Shown: piece by piece, positions 1-8,799 of the stretch
How the letters are laid out: each line of letters begins with the position of its first letter
Position numbering within the stretch: the first letter of the stretch is position 1
Assembly (NCBI RefSeq): GCF_007559025.1
Contig: NZ_CP041765.1
Location: forward strand, 212,679-244,678
DNA length: 32,000 nt
Source of the DNA: Tomitella fengzijianii
Lineage (GTDB): Bacteria > Actinomycetota > Actinomycetes > Mycobacteriales > Mycobacteriaceae
Direction of reading: 5' to 3'
Made by a program: the position numbers and the translations under genes
Notes under the pieces: generated by a model
What the model was told of the DNA's origin: nothing
The model's database searches: none
Seen by the model: the letters and a program-made list of their open reading frames with translations, nothing else

Positions 1-626
1 AGCCCGTCGAGCTCCTTGCTCGCCCGCTTGTAGGCGGCCTGCCGCTCCTGGGCGGTGGCGCCGTCGTCGAAGGCGAGCCGCAGCAGGTGCTGGGCCCGGG
101 TGAGGCGCTCCTGTTCGCGGGGGTCGAAGCCGCCGTGGCGGCGGCGCTTCGCCTCCGTCTCGGCCACATCGAAGGCGATCGCGTAGGCGTGCACCGCGTC
201 GCGGTACTCGGCCTGCGCGTCGAGGTCGTCGAGCAGCGCGTCGGGGTCGTCGGGCTTGAGCAGGTCCGCCCGGCGCTTGGTCTTGTGGAACTCGACGGTG
301 AGCGGCTCGCGCAGGTCGATCATCATCGGATAGTCGAGCAGAGTGACCAGGTCGGTCTCGTAGGCGAACCAGCGCGCATCGGTCTGCCGGTGCTCGTCGA
401 GGGCGCCGGCGATGTCGCGCTTCTGCGCCTCGCGGTCCTTGTGCTGCCGGGCGTTGGCCTGGGCGACGGCCACCTTGGTCTCCTGCTTGATGCGGAAGCG
501 CTCCTGGCGCCGCTCCGCGCGGCGCTGGTTGGCGGCGCTGATGCCCTTGGCGACCCCACCGATGCTGCCGCCGAAGACGAAAACCAGCCACCAGTAGTTC
601 CCGGCGAATTCGAGCAGTGCGTCCAC
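1..626 (-). CDS. hypothetical membrane-anchored protein (partial; 3' end runs off the left edge)
   Basis: Absent from the ORF track because there is no stop inside the window. My translation of the minus strand from GTG (624-626) is uninterrupted to position 1: VDALLEFAGNYWWLVFVFGGSIGGVAKG...KRASKELDG. It has one N-terminal hydrophobic helix, then a long charged/helical region, with strong G/C at codon position 3. An upstream in-frame GTG start is possible. Confidence 0.55.
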   Translation of the reverse strand, partial: MDALLEFAGNYWWLVFVFGGSIGGVAKGISAANQRRAERRQERFRIKQETKVAVAQANARQHKDREAQKRDIAGALDEHRQTDARWFAYETDLVTLLDYPMMIDLREPLTVEFHKTKRRADLLKPDDPDALLDDLDAQAEYRDAVHAYAIAFDVAETEAKRRRHGGFDPREQERLTRAQHLLRLAFDDGATAQERQAAYKRASKELDG

Positions 627-749
627 GTCCCCATCCTGCCAGCCGGTGGCGCGGCGCACAGCGCGGGCAGGCCGCGCGCCGCCCGTCGACCAAGCGGATC
701 CTGCACATTCCGCCCCGGGATCCGGCAGAAAATGCTTGCTCGGTCAGGG

Positions 750-2705
750 TCAGGCCTCCGCCAGCCGCGGGATGATCCCGCCCGCCAGCACGTCGGCCAC
801 TTGGCGTTCGCTGAGGCGGTGCCGCGCGGTGAACGCGGCGTCCTTGGTGGCGTTGCGCACGGTCACGGCGTCGCCGTCCGCGATGGCCGAGCGCAGGCCC
901 TCGAACTCGAGCACGTCTCCGGCCCCGATCGCGTCGTAGTCGGCCGGATCGTCGAACTCGAGCGCCAGGACCCCGAAGTTGGCGAGGTTCTGCCAGTGGA
1001 TGCGGGCGTACGACTTGGCGATCACCGCCCGCAGCCCCAGGTAGCGCGGCGCGATGGCGGCATGCTCGCGTGAGGAGCCCTGCCCGTAATTCTCGCCGCC
1101 GACGATCACGTGCGCCCCGCCGGAGTCGCGCTGCTCGAGCGCCCGCTGCGGGTAGGTCTCGTCGATCTGGGTGAAGCTGAACTCGGCGAGCTTGGGGATG
1201 TTGGACCGGAACGGCAGGGCGCGGGCGCCGGCGGGCGAGATCTCGTCGGTGGAGATGTCGTCGCCGGTGACCAGAAGGACGGGGGCCGACAGCGCGTCGG
1301 GCAGCGGGTCGAGCTCCGGAAGGCGCGAGATATTGGGCCCCTTGACCGGCGTGACCTCGCGCGCTGCGGCAGGCTCCAGCGGCGGCACCAGCATCGCGGT
1401 GTTCACGGACGAATTCTCCGGCAGCCGCAGCTCGGGGTAGGCCTGCCCCTCCTTCTCCGCCCAGTCGCGCGGGTCGATGATTTCGCCGACGAGCGCCGAC
1501 GCGGCGGCGGTCTCCGGCGAGCACAGCCACACCGCGTCCTCCTTGGTGCCCGAGCGCCCGGGGAAGTTGCGGGGCATGGTGCGTAGCGAGTTGCGGCCGG
1601 TGGCCGGTGCCTGGCCCATGCCGATGCACCCCATGCACCCGGCCTGGTGGATGCGGGCGCCGGCGACGACGAGCTGCGTGGCCGCGCCCATCGTCATCAG
1701 GTCGGAGAGGATTTGCCGCGACGTGGGGTTGACGTCGAAGCTGACCTCCGGCGAGGTCTGCCGTCCCTCGACCATGGCCGCGGCGATGGCGAAGTCGCGC
1801 AGCCCGGGGTTGGCGCTGGAGCCGATGACCACCTGCGCGATGTCGGTGCCCGCGACCTCGCGGACGGGGACGACGTTGCCGGGCGACGACGGCTTCGCGA
1901 TCAGCGGCTCGATCTGCGAGAGGTCGATGAACTCGTCGGCGTCGTAGCCCGCGCCGTCATCCGCGAGGAGTTCCACGAAGTCGTCCTCACGCTGCTCGCC
2001 GCGCAGGAACGCGCGCACCGCCTCGTCGGCGGGGAACACGGTGGTGGTGGCGCCGAGTTCGGCGCCCATGTTGGCGATGACGTGCCGGTCCATCGCGGTG
2101 AGGTTCGCCAGCCCGGGACCGTGATACTCGATGATCCGGCCCACGCCGCCCTTCACCCCGTGGCGGCGCAGCATCTCCAGGATCACGTCCTTGGCCGAAC
2201 ACCACTCGGGCAGTGCGCCTTCCAGGCGAACACCCCAGATCTCCGGCATCCTGATGTTGAGCGGTCTGCCCGCGATGGCCAGCGCCACCTCCAGGCCGCC
2301 CACGCCGATGGCCAGCATGCCCAGCGAGCCGGCCGCCGGGGTGTGCGAATCGGACCCGACCATCGTCTTGCCGGGGATGCCGAAGCGCTGCATGTGCGTC
2401 GGGTGCGAGACGCCGTTGCCGGCCTTGGAGAACCACAGGCCGTACCGCTCGCACGCGGTGCGCAGGTACTCGTGGTCCTCGGCGTTCTTCTGGTCGGTCT
2501 GCAGCAGGTTGTGGTCCACGTACTGGACGCTGACCTCCGTCTGCGCGCGTTCCAGGCCGAGCGCCTCGAGCTCCTGCATGACGAGGGTGCCCGTGGCGTC
2601 CTGGGTGAGGGTCTGATCGATGCGGATCCCGATCTCCTCGCCCGGTGACATCTCACCCGACTCCAGGTGGGCGGCGATCAGCTTGCGCGCAACGTTCTCC
2701 GGCAT
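750..2705 (-). CDS. aconitase-family protein (fused ~650-aa 'putative aconitate hydratase' type)
   Basis: 651-aa ORF with IDQTLTQDATG, GSDSHTPAAG, the Fe-S ligand segment AGCMGCIGMG, and the C-terminal swivel-domain motif GQGSSREHAA. It is much shorter than the ~900-aa AcnA. Confidence 0.85.
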   Translation of the reverse strand: MPENVARKLIAAHLESGEMSPGEEIGIRIDQTLTQDATGTLVMQELEALGLERAQTEVSVQYVDHNLLQTDQKNAEDHEYLRTACERYGLWFSKAGNGVSHPTHMQRFGIPGKTMVGSDSHTPAAGSLGMLAIGVGGLEVALAIAGRPLNIRMPEIWGVRLEGALPEWCSAKDVILEMLRRHGVKGGVGRIIEYHGPGLANLTAMDRHVIANMGAELGATTTVFPADEAVRAFLRGEQREDDFVELLADDGAGYDADEFIDLSQIEPLIAKPSSPGNVVPVREVAGTDIAQVVIGSSANPGLRDFAIAAAMVEGRQTSPEVSFDVNPTSRQILSDLMTMGAATQLVVAGARIHQAGCMGCIGMGQAPATGRNSLRTMPRNFPGRSGTKEDAVWLCSPETAAASALVGEIIDPRDWAEKEGQAYPELRLPENSSVNTAMLVPPLEPAAAREVTPVKGPNISRLPELDPLPDALSAPVLLVTGDDISTDEISPAGARALPFRSNIPKLAEFSFTQIDETYPQRALEQRDSGGAHVIVGGENYGQGSSREHAAIAPRYLGLRAVIAKSYARIHWQNLANFGVLALEFDDPADYDAIGAGDVLEFEGLRSAIADGDAVTVRNATKDAAFTARHRLSERQVADVLAGGIIPRLAEA

Positions 2706-2840
2706 GTGAGTGGTTCATCTCCTCGACTGCGGTGGCCGGTTCTCCAGCGCGGCCACTGGCTTTCGATTCCCGGGCCCCCTCGCCGGCACTGCCGCCCGCC
2801 CCTCCGGGCCGGGCCATCACGGGCAGCGCCGGGCGCGGGA

Positions 2841-3395
2841 CTAGCCGACGCCGGCGTCGATGGTGCCCTCGAACGGGAACGGGGTTCCCGCGGGAGCGCA
2901 ACCGTCGAATGCGCCGGTGGGCATGGGCAGGGAGACGCCGGCCATGTCGCCCTCGTCGTCCGCGCCCTGGTGCACCGAGACCTGCACCGCGAGCGCGTTC
3001 TCCAGCGAGCCCGGCAACTGCGTGCCCATGATGCCGCTGATCGGATACAGCAGCGACGCGTCGGCGCCGTCGACGGCGATGCACGTCACGGGTCCGGTCA
3101 CCGTGATCGGCGTGGAGCTCGACCCCAGCTGGACAGTGGCCTTGTAGGTGCCGGTGGTGGTCCCGTCCGCGGACCTCGCGCCCTGGGCGTCGATCTTCAG
3201 CAGGTCGACGCCGGGCGCCAGCTGCAGATCGCCGTCGATGTTCAGGTGCGCGGGCATGGGCGGATCGGCCGCCGTTTCCGCGGCCGCGGCCGACACCGCC
3301 CCCACGGTGAGCCCGGCGGCCAGCAGTCCGGCTGCGGAACAGCGCATCACCGTGCGTGCAGGGCTGTGCGCCATCGGGCCGTTGTTCTGTGACAT
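2841..3395 (-). CDS. hypothetical secreted protein
   Basis: 184-aa ORF with high GC3. The N-terminus has basic residues followed by the hydrophobic stretch AAGLLAAGLTVGAVSAAAA, which looks like a signal peptide. I recognise no family. Confidence 0.6.
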   Translation of the reverse strand: MSQNNGPMAHSPARTVMRCSAAGLLAAGLTVGAVSAAAAETAADPPMPAHLNIDGDLQLAPGVDLLKIDAQGARSADGTTTGTYKATVQLGSSSTPITVTGPVTCIAVDGADASLLYPISGIMGTQLPGSLENALAVQVSVHQGADDEGDMAGVSLPMPTGAFDGCAPAGTPFPFEGTIDAGVG

Positions 3396-3549
3396 GAGGT
3401 GGACCTCCTCGTCGGTCGAACGCTCACGCGCGACGCCGGTGCGCCGCGCGCAGGGGCCGTTCCGTGGCCGGGTCCCCGACCGATGTGCCCTGCGGACGGC
3501 CGGTCCCTGCTTCGACCGGGCCCCGCATCCGCGGAGACCGGTGCCCGCG

Positions 3550-4626
3550 TCACGCGGTAGGCACCGCGAAACGGAGCACGGCCGCTATACCCCGGCGGCC
3601 GTCTGCGTAATCACCCTCCGGAAGATCCGCCAGCTTCACCTCGGCCCCGCAGGCGGAGGACGCCGCGAGCGCGTCGCCCGTGGGCCCGTCCGCGGCCTCG
3701 TGTCCCAGCACCACCGTGCTGACGGCCCCTTGCCTGGCGGCGTCGGCGACGGCACCCGGCCCGCGCACGGTCAGCCCCTGGCTCCTGGCGAGTTCGAACG
3801 CGTCGGTATCCGCGTCCAGCCGGCGGCTGCGCAGCGCCTCGGCGATCTCGTCGATCTGCTCGGCGAGCGCGGCCTCCGCAGCGTCGTCCTGGACGCCGCC
3901 CCGGTCGGCGTCGACGCTGATCCGCGCCAGATGCTCGGGCAGTTCGGCGCGGACCGCTGTGCGCCCCTGCACCGTGCCGGCGAGCACCAGCGCGTCCGGC
4001 CGGAAACGCCCGGCGGCCACGGCCAGGTGCTCCGCGACGTCCGCGGCGTTCTGGTGCACTACCTCGTCGGCCCGGCGCTGATTGTGCTTGTGCGAGAGGT
4101 ACCCCCGGCGTGCCTTGTGCACGCGCCCGCCGCCGGACCCCTCCACCGTGCTGCCGGCGGCGGAGAACTGTTGCTCCGCGGCGGGTTCGGTGCCGTCGGT
4201 GACGAGCTCGCCGAGGATCTCCTGGCGGACGCGGGCGCCCTGCTGGTCGGTGACCGCCACGAGCACCCGCACCGCCGTGAGCGCCTCGCGCACGTAACGG
4301 TCCAGCTGCGGGGCGTCCGACCAGTATCCGGCGTCGCCGCTGCCGAGCGACGCGTCCCAGTGCTCGTCCAGCAGCACGCCGTCGTCGCAGGCGACGAGGA
4401 CGCGGCCATCGGCCTGGATCTCGCCGACGGGGTCCTGGCGGAGCGCCGAATCCAGGGCGGCCAGGGCGGGCAGCGTCGCGCCGTCGGCCTCGAGGCGCTC
4501 GCGCACGGCCTGCCAGCGCAGCCGCGACTGGGTCCCGGCGTCCTCGCCGGGCGGGCGGTTCTCCAAGTACACCGTGGCCATCGGGCCCGGGTGCTCGAGT
4601 AAGGGGCGGAGGCGTGTGAGCTCCAC
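3550..4626 (-). CDS. Rv2629-like baeRF2 / Vms1-like (archaeo-eukaryotic release-factor fold) domain protein
   Basis: 358-aa ORF. The N-terminal pattern LRPLLEHPGPMATVYLENRP...RLRWQAVRERLEADGA and the central basic segment GGGRVHKARRGYLSHKHNQRRADEVVHQNAADVAEHL match my recollection of actinobacterial eRF1-like (Rv2629/baeRF2) proteins. The coding call is strong; the family call rests on memory only. Confidence 0.6.
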   Translation of the reverse strand: MELTRLRPLLEHPGPMATVYLENRPPGEDAGTQSRLRWQAVRERLEADGATLPALAALDSALRQDPVGEIQADGRVLVACDDGVLLDEHWDASLGSGDAGYWSDAPQLDRYVREALTAVRVLVAVTDQQGARVRQEILGELVTDGTEPAAEQQFSAAGSTVEGSGGGRVHKARRGYLSHKHNQRRADEVVHQNAADVAEHLAVAAGRFRPDALVLAGTVQGRTAVRAELPEHLARISVDADRGGVQDDAAEAALAEQIDEIAEALRSRRLDADTDAFELARSQGLTVRGPGAVADAARQGAVSTVVLGHEAADGPTGDALAASSACGAEVKLADLPEGDYADGRRGIAAVLRFAVPTA

Positions 4627-4766
4627 TGGCGATCACCTCTTCCTGCCAGTGCGCCGCCGTCGAGGCTGGTCCGCATCGCCGACGGCCCGGGTGCTTTCCA
4701 TCCGTAGTCACGACGGTACGCGGAGTGCGCCGCGCGAGCCTCCCCCCGCGGTGGAACCCGGGCCGG

Positions 4767-5663
4767 CTACAGCAGCCCGGCGGCCGTGAGCCCCGCGCGC
4801 AGGGCCTCCACGTCGGCGGCGGGCGCGGACCGCAGCGGCATGCGCAGCGCGTCCGACTCGATCACGCCGAGCATCTTCATCGCCGCCTTGGCCTGGATGG
4901 CGCCCTGGGAGACGTGCATGATCGCGTCCACCGCGGGGATCAGCCGACGGTGGATCCGCTGGGCGCGAGGCAGATCGCCGCCGTCGACGGCGGCGATCAT
5001 CTCGGCGTACAGGTCCCCGGCGACGTGCCCGACGACGGAGACGATGCCGGTGGCGCCCTGGGCGAGGTGCGGCAGGTTGACGATGTCGTCGCCCGAGTAC
5101 CAGAGCAGGTCGGTCTGGGACATCAGCCTGCTGGCCTCGAAGAAGTCGCCCTTCGCGTCCTTCACGGCCCGGACGTGGTCGATCTCCGCCGCGCGCCGGA
5201 TGGTGTCGGTGGTCAGCGCGGTGCCGGTGCGCCCGGGGATGTCGTAGAGCATCACCGGCGTGCCGTCCCCGGCCTCCGCGACCAGCCGGAAGTGTTCGAG
5301 GATGCAGTCCTGCGGCGGCTTGTTGTAGTAGGGGGTGACCACGAGGAGCGCGTCGGCGCCGCGGGCGACCATCTCCCGGGCCGCGCGCGCGGAGTGCTCG
5401 GTGTCGTTGGTGCCGCAGCCGGCCATCACCGCGACCCGGTCTCCCACGGCCTCCACGACCGCCTGCACCGAGTCGTAATCCTCGTCGTCGGTGGTGGTGG
5501 GGGACTCGCCCGTGGTGCCGTTGACCAGCAGGCCGTCGTGCCCGTGGTCCGCCAGGTGCACGGCGAGGCGCTGCAGCCCGTCGAAGTCGATCGAGCCGTC
5601 CGAGTGCATGGGGGTCACCATCGCCGTGATGACCCGCCCGAAGGGGGTGTCCACCATGGCCAC
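4767..5663 (-). CDS. dapA: 4-hydroxy-tetrahydrodipicolinate synthase (DapA/DHDPS family)
   Basis: 298-aa ORF with GTTGESPT, YYNKPPQ, LYDIPGRTG and AVKDAKGD (Schiff-base lysine context), typical of actinobacterial DapA. Confidence 0.85.
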   Translation of the reverse strand: MAMVDTPFGRVITAMVTPMHSDGSIDFDGLQRLAVHLADHGHDGLLVNGTTGESPTTTDDEDYDSVQAVVEAVGDRVAVMAGCGTNDTEHSARAAREMVARGADALLVVTPYYNKPPQDCILEHFRLVAEAGDGTPVMLYDIPGRTGTALTTDTIRRAAEIDHVRAVKDAKGDFFEASRLMSQTDLLWYSGDDIVNLPHLAQGATGIVSVVGHVAGDLYAEMIAAVDGGDLPRAQRIHRRLIPAVDAIMHVSQGAIQAKAAMKMLGVIESDALRMPLRSAPAADVEALRAGLTAAGLL

Positions 5664-5866
5664 GAGATTACCTCCGAGCGGACGGTGCGGCGGCGTGCGC
5701 GGTGCCGACCGCCGTCGTGCCGTGTCCGGCCGAGCCCGCCGGCCGCCGTCTCATGTCCGTGCGCACGTGTCCGAAGTGTCCAGCAGTCCGGTACGAGATC
5801 TCCGGTTTGTACATGTCGCGTGGATCACGTCCGTCCTTACGCTCGGGGCATTCGACGAGGAGGTTG

Positions 5867-7234
5867 ATGATGACCGCGGTAATCGCTGACGAACTGACCG
5901 GTGGACCCACGCTTCCGCAGAGGAGGCGGCTGCTCACCGAGGTGCCCGGCCCGCGCTCGCGCGCGCTGGCGGCCCGGCGTGATGCGGCGGTCCCGGCCGG
6001 CCTCGGCAGCGCGCACGGCGTGTACACGGCGGCGGCCGGTGGCGGCGTGCTGGTGGACGTGGACGGCAACTCGTTCCTCGACTTCGCCAGCGGCATCGCG
6101 GTGACCACCGTCGGCAACGCCGCGCCCCGGGTGGTCGACGGGATCCGCGCGCAGGCGGGGATGTTCACCCACACGTGCATGCTGGCCACGCCGTACGAGA
6201 ACTACGTGGAGGTCTGCGAGCGTCTCAACGAGCTCACCCCGGGCGACCACGACAAGCGCACCGCGCTGTTCAACACCGGCAGCGAGGCCGTGGAGAACGC
6301 GGTCAAGTACGCGCGCGCCGCGACGGGGCGGCAGTCCGTCGTCGTCTTCGACCACGCCTTCCACGGCCGCACGCTGCTGACGATGGGCATGACGGCGAAG
6401 AACATGCCGTACAAGTCGACGTTCGGCCCGTTCGCGCCCGAGGTCCACCGGGTGCCCATGGCCTACCCGTACCGCTGGCCGAGCGGCCCCGACAACGCCG
6501 CCGACGAGGCCTTCGCGCAGTTCGCGATGGTCATCGACGCGCAGCTCGGCGCCGACGAGGTGGCCGCCGTCGTGGTCGAGCCGATCCAGGGCGAGGGCGG
6601 GTTCATCGTTCCCGCGCCCGGGTTCCTGGCCCGGGTCGCCGCATTCTGCCGCGACCGCGGCATCGTGTTCGTCGCCGACGAGGTGCAGTCCGGCATCGCG
6701 CGCACCGGCGACTGGTTCGCCAGCGAGCACGAGGGCCTCGTGCCGGACCTGGTGGTGTCCGCGAAGGGCCTCGCGGGCGGAATGCCTCTCGCGGCGGTGA
6801 CGGGGCGTGCGGAGATCATGGACGCGGCGCATCAGGGGGGCATCGGCGGCACGTACAGCGGCAACCCGCTCGCGTGCGCGGCCGCGCTCGGCGTCTTCGA
6901 CACGATCGAGGCGGACAGGCTGCTGGCGCGCGCCCGCGAGATCGGCGACACGTTCGTCGGCGAGCTGCGCATGATCGCCGCGGACTCGGGGCGCATCGGC
7001 GACATTCGCGGCCGCGGCGCGATGATCGCCGCCGAGTTCGTCTCCGACGCGGACAAGACGCCCGACAAGGCGGCGGTGGCGGAGGTCGTCCGCGTGTGCC
7101 GTGACCAAGGCGTGCTGCTGCTGACGGCGGGGACCTACGGCAATGTGCTGCGCTTCCTGCCGCCGCTGACCATGTCCGACGAGCAGCTGGCCGACGGGCT
7201 CGGCGTGCTGCGCGACGCGATCGCCGCACTCTGA
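5867..7234 (+). CDS. gabT: 4-aminobutyrate aminotransferase (class-III PLP aminotransferase)
   Basis: Collinear with mycobacterial GabT as I recall it: QRRRLLTEVPGPRS, GIAVTTVGN, EPIQGEGGF, ADEVQSG, SAKGLAGGMPL. The start was trimmed from the track's 5702 to ATG 5867 (or ATG 5870), just downstream of the RBS GAGGAGG at 5856-5862. Confidence 0.9.
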   Translation: MMTAVIADELTGGPTLPQRRRLLTEVPGPRSRALAARRDAAVPAGLGSAHGVYTAAAGGGVLVDVDGNSFLDFASGIAVTTVGNAAPRVVDGIRAQAGMFTHTCMLATPYENYVEVCERLNELTPGDHDKRTALFNTGSEAVENAVKYARAATGRQSVVVFDHAFHGRTLLTMGMTAKNMPYKSTFGPFAPEVHRVPMAYPYRWPSGPDNAADEAFAQFAMVIDAQLGADEVAAVVVEPIQGEGGFIVPAPGFLARVAAFCRDRGIVFVADEVQSGIARTGDWFASEHEGLVPDLVVSAKGLAGGMPLAAVTGRAEIMDAAHQGGIGGTYSGNPLACAAALGVFDTIEADRLLARAREIGDTFVGELRMIAADSGRIGDIRGRGAMIAAEFVSDADKTPDKAAVAEVVRVCRDQGVLLLTAGTYGNVLRFLPPLTMSDEQLADGLGVLRDAIAAL

Positions 7235-7275
7235 ACCCGCCTTCCCGAACCCTGCGACAGCCCGAGGAGACCCGA

Positions 7276-8757
7276 ATGCCCACGCACACCACCGGAGGGC
7301 CGGCCGGGCCCGTGGACCTGCACAGCCGGATCGGCGACGCATGGATCGCGGGCGGCGGCGGCGCGCTGGAATCGGACAATCCGGCGCGGCCCGGCGAGAC
7401 CGTCGCCCGCGGGCGCACCGTCACCGCCGCCGAACTGGACGCCGCGGTGGACGCGGCGGCTGCGGCGTTCCCCGGCTGGTCGGCGTGCACCCTGCACGAG
7501 CGCGGCGGGATCCTCGCCCGGGCGGCGGCGATCATCGACGCGCGCGCCGACGAGTGGGGGACGGAGCTCAGCCGCGAAGAGGGCAAAACCCTGGCGGAGG
7601 GGCGCGGCGAGGTGGCGCGCGCCGCCCAGATCCTGCGCTACTACGCGGGCGCGGCGGACCGTGAATCCGGGACCGTGCACCCGTCGCCGCGCGCCGGCGA
7701 GCAGATCCTGGTGACGCGCCGGCCGGTGGGCGTAGTCGCGGCCGTGACGCCGTTCAACTTCCCGATCGCCATCCCTGCCTGGAAGATCGCGCCCGCACTC
7801 GTCTACGGCAACACCGTGGTGTGGAAGCCGGCCGAGACCGTGCCGCTGCTGGCCCTCCGCCTGATGGAGGCGCTGGTGCAGGCGGGGCTGCCCGCCGGGG
7901 TGCTCAACCTCGTGTTCGCGGCCGGCGACCTCGGTGCGCGGCTGGTGGGCCATGAACGCGTCGACGCTGTCACGTTCACCGGATCCACCGCGGTGGGCAG
8001 GGAGATCGCGGCCGGAGCGGCGCGGCGCGGCGTGCCGGTCCAGGCGGAGATGGGCGGCAAGAACGCGGCGGTGGTGCTCGCCGACGCCGACGTCGGCCTG
8101 GCGGTGCAGCAGATCATGGCCGGCGCATTCCGGTCGTCCGGTCAGAAGTGCACGGCCACATCGCGGCTGGTGCTCGATCACGCGGTGGCGGACGCGGTGC
8201 TGGACGGGTTGGCGCGCGAGGTGAAGAGCCTGCGCGTGGGCGACCCGCTGGACCCCGAGGTGCACGTGGGGCCGCTGATCACGGCGGCGGCGCGCGAGCG
8301 GGTCGATCGCGGGGCGGCCGCGGCGGTCGACGCCGGCGCGCGTGTGGTGGTGCGCGGGGAGACCCCGGGCGCCGTCGGCGATTCCGCGGCCGGCAATTTC
8401 GCGCCGCCGACGGTCCTCGAACTGGATTCGACGGATGCCCCGGTGTGGCGTGAGGAGCTGTTCGGCCCGGTCCTCGCCGCTGTGCGCGTCGACGGCGCCG
8501 CCGCGGCGTTCTCCGCCGCGAACGACGGCGAGTACGGGCTGTCGGCGGCGGTGTTCACCCGCGACATCGGCTCCGCGCTCGGTGCGGTGGACGACCTGTC
8601 CGTCGGTGTGCTGCACATCAATTCGGAGTCGGCGGGCGCCGACCCGCACGTGCCCTTCGGAGGCGCGAAGGCCAGCGGTTACGGACCCCGTGAGCAGGGT
8701 GAGGCCGCCCGCGACTTCTTCACCACGGCTACGACGGTCTACCTGCGCGGGGCCTGA
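7276..8757 (+). CDS. NAD(P)+ aldehyde dehydrogenase, probable succinate-semialdehyde dehydrogenase by context
   Basis: 493-aa ORF with the ALDH motifs VTPFNFP, WKPAE, FTGST, EMGGKN (catalytic Glu) and GQKCTATSR (catalytic Cys). RBS GAGGAG lies 8 nt upstream. It follows gabT by 41 bp. Substrate is inferred from context only. Confidence 0.85.
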   Translation: MPTHTTGGPAGPVDLHSRIGDAWIAGGGGALESDNPARPGETVARGRTVTAAELDAAVDAAAAAFPGWSACTLHERGGILARAAAIIDARADEWGTELSREEGKTLAEGRGEVARAAQILRYYAGAADRESGTVHPSPRAGEQILVTRRPVGVVAAVTPFNFPIAIPAWKIAPALVYGNTVVWKPAETVPLLALRLMEALVQAGLPAGVLNLVFAAGDLGARLVGHERVDAVTFTGSTAVGREIAAGAARRGVPVQAEMGGKNAAVVLADADVGLAVQQIMAGAFRSSGQKCTATSRLVLDHAVADAVLDGLAREVKSLRVGDPLDPEVHVGPLITAAARERVDRGAAAAVDAGARVVVRGETPGAVGDSAAGNFAPPTVLELDSTDAPVWREELFGPVLAAVRVDGAAAAFSAANDGEYGLSAAVFTRDIGSALGAVDDLSVGVLHINSESAGADPHVPFGGAKASGYGPREQGEAARDFFTTATTVYLRGA

Positions 8758-8799
8758 TCGTGCGCGTGCCAGACCTCTGATCCATCCGGCCGCGCACGC

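Noticed and set aside
87-1073. 328-aa plus-strand ORF spanning the left end
   Set aside because: It is an antisense shadow ORF typical of high-GC DNA, with a low-complexity product rich in Val, Gly, Ala, Leu and Arg. It overlaps two better-supported minus-strand genes: the partial membrane protein (1-626) and the aconitase C-terminus.
3148-4711. Long ORFs 3148-4602 (+), 3611-4711 (-) and 4059-4676 (-) overlapping the baeRF2 gene
   Set aside because: The translations are Arg/Ala/Gly/Pro-rich with no motifs. Only the 3550-4626 frame gives a balanced, domain-like protein with a strong GC3 pattern.
5837-8649. Minus-strand ORFs 5837-7342, 6816-7586 and 7135-8649 (about 250-500 aa)
   Set aside because: They are antisense to the clearly recognisable gabT and aldehyde dehydrogenase genes, and their products are Arg-rich with no motifs.
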